The position numbers and the translations under genes are program-made. A DNA stretch of 64,000 nt from an uncultured virus (IMG/VR IMGVR_UViG_3300029288_000087) (lineage: Duplodnaviria; Heunggongvirae; Uroviricota; Caudoviricetes). This document shows, in pieces, positions 62,712-64,000 of the stretch (positions are counted from its first letter, which is position 1; every line of letters starts with the position of its first letter). Location: IMG/VR virus record IMGVR_UViG_3300029288_000087; one strand, written 5' to 3'. A model generated the notes under the pieces. That model was not told where the DNA came from and searched no databases. It worked only from the letters and a program-made list of their open reading frames with translations.

Positions 62712-63404
62712 ATGCCCGGACTTCTGGAGTTCTTCCGATCGGCTATCAAGGGCGGCAACGGTGCCGGTGGCCCAGAGGACTTTCGTGCAGCTGCGAACCT
62801 CATCGACGGCGCAACGTTCGTGCAGCAGACCGTGAGTGCGCTGTCTGGCGAGCGCGCGCAGGCGCTGCTGTTCGAGGTGCTGCTTCCGTGGGCGGGGCAG
62901 GTTGCGGGCTTGGCCGTGAACAGATGGACCTCGATGCGATCGGGTCGGCGATCGCACTGCCGCCTTCAGGTGAAGGGTGAGCCGTGCCGCAGAGCGAGCG
63001 CCTCAACCTGCTTCGGTTGCGGCAAGCCCGTGTGTCTCGAACACGCGTTCGTCGGATCGGACTCGACGCTGGTGTGTTGGGAGTGCATGCGCGTCGGGGT
63101 GAACACCGCCGTCAAGGGGCGCAAGCATTCGGAGCATCAGCCGCCGCCCGAGAACTGGAACTGGGACAACTCCGCCGCTCCGTCTCCGGAGGAGCAGCAG
63201 AAGAAGGACATCGGCTGGGCATACGCAACCATCGGCGTGGCCGAAACAGCGACCGATGACGAGATCAAGTCCGCGTACCGCAAGGCGAGCGCGAAGTGGC
63301 ACCCGGACCGCGCGAAGGACCCGCAGGAAGCCAAGAGCCACGCGGAGATGTTCAAGTCGATTCAGCTCGCGATGCAGACCATCAGGCAGCAGCGCAACGT
63401 CTAG
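62712..63404 (+). CDS. J-domain (DnaJ-like) protein with B-box-like Zn finger
   Basis: AYATIGV...EIKSAYRK...WHPDR; CFGCGKPVCLEH...CWEC. Confidence 0.85.
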   Translation: MPGLLEFFRSAIKGGNGAGGPEDFRAAANLIDGATFVQQTVSALSGERAQALLFEVLLPWAGQVAGLAVNRWTSMRSGRRSHCRLQVKGEPCRRASASTCFGCGKPVCLEHAFVGSDSTLVCWECMRVGVNTAVKGRKHSEHQPPPENWNWDNSAAPSPEEQQKKDIGWAYATIGVAETATDDEIKSAYRKASAKWHPDRAKDPQEAKSHAEMFKSIQLAMQTIRQQRNV

Positions 63405-63413
63405 GAGATCGCG

Positions 63414-63809
63414 ATGTTCTACAAACACCAAGCAATCCAGCCGACCCCAGGCCTCGCGTTCGAGGCCTTCGATCGCCGGTATCGCAACCCGATGATGCCC
63501 CAGCAGGCATACAGGCCGCGCGCGGCGGGCCCGGAGTTCCTGGCCACAGACGGGACCGACCACGCGTACATGACCGCGTTCCGGAGCCGCAACCCGGTGA
63601 ACCTTCGAGGCTTCGGGCTCGACGTGAACCAGCTGCTCGGGGATCAGGTGGGTCAGGTCATCGACGCGGCGATCGAGCGTAGCTGGCCCAAGATCCAGGT
63701 GAAGCTCAACGAGAGCCTCAAGCCCGTCATGTACATGCTCGGAGCCGCCGTCCTGCTTTCTGCCGCGGGCGCGACGCTGTCCTACCTCACGTACTCGAAA
63801 AGGGCTTGA
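63414..63809 (+). CDS. GxG-motif protein with C-terminal TM
   Basis: RNP x2, NLRGFG; resembles 14177..14701. Confidence 0.75.
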   Translation: MFYKHQAIQPTPGLAFEAFDRRYRNPMMPQQAYRPRAAGPEFLATDGTDHAYMTAFRSRNPVNLRGFGLDVNQLLGDQVGQVIDAAIERSWPKIQVKLNESLKPVMYMLGAAVLLSAAGATLSYLTYSKRA

Positions 63810-63817
63810 CGGTTGCC

Positions 63818-64000
63818 CTAGCGACGTGAGACCTTTCGGCTCATGTCGCAGCCCCCGCCGAAGGTCGAAACGCCTACCCCTTCCGCCGATACCTTGAACG
63901 ATAGCCCAGCCGAAACAATTCCCGCTCCTTCGCCTGCGGAAGCGCCGAAAGATGAGCTTGAGGCAATGGCCGAAGGGTGCGAGGCCAACCTCTCGATCAT
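63818..64000 (-). CDS. Possible 3' end of a convergent gene entering from the right edge
   Basis: Open frame to the window edge; product not assignable. Confidence 0.3.
   Translation of the reverse strand: MIERLASHPSAIASSSSFGASAGEGAGIVSAGLSFKVSAEGVGVSTFGGGCDMSRKVSRR

Noticed and set aside
1..64000. cas, tnpB, integrase, terminase, portal or reverse transcriptase genes
   Set aside because: No RuvC, Cas1, tyrosine/serine recombinase, terminase or YxDD RT motifs recognised by eye in any plausible ORF; remote homologues cannot be excluded.

Overview
This window is part of a high-GC, gene-dense dsDNA bacterial virus genome; no host housekeeping genes, tRNA/rRNA or integrase were recognised. The left part holds a Cro-like switch, a YqaJ/DEDDh/RecT recombination operon, an rmlB-rmlA-rmlC sugar cluster, SSB, putative lysis genes, an ADP-ribosyltransferase-like gene and an ECF sigma factor. 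The centre has a primase, an AAA helicase and an SF2 helicase, with GIY-YIG and HNH inserts. The right part is a 30-kb structural region with LamG-like spike proteins, a transglutaminase-like Cys protease, about 20 membrane proteins sharing GLG / TM / (A,P)N-RRRR motifs, an 810-aa Arg/Lys-rich protein and two tandem capsid-like paralogues. No terminase, portal or tail gene was recognised, which suggests (inference) a large tailless, internal-membrane, Varidnaviria-like virus. The most notable signal is five copies of a ~31-38 bp pseudoknot-forming repeat. Four form two one-spacer CRISPR-like mini-arrays whose spacers are diverged inverted copies of sequences about 55-115 bp away, each target preceded by 5'-TTG. 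No cas gene is visible. Also seen: a promoter-terminator sRNA complementary to the capsid-gene leader, and widespread leaderless promoters. All product calls come from motifs read by eye; no database search was run.
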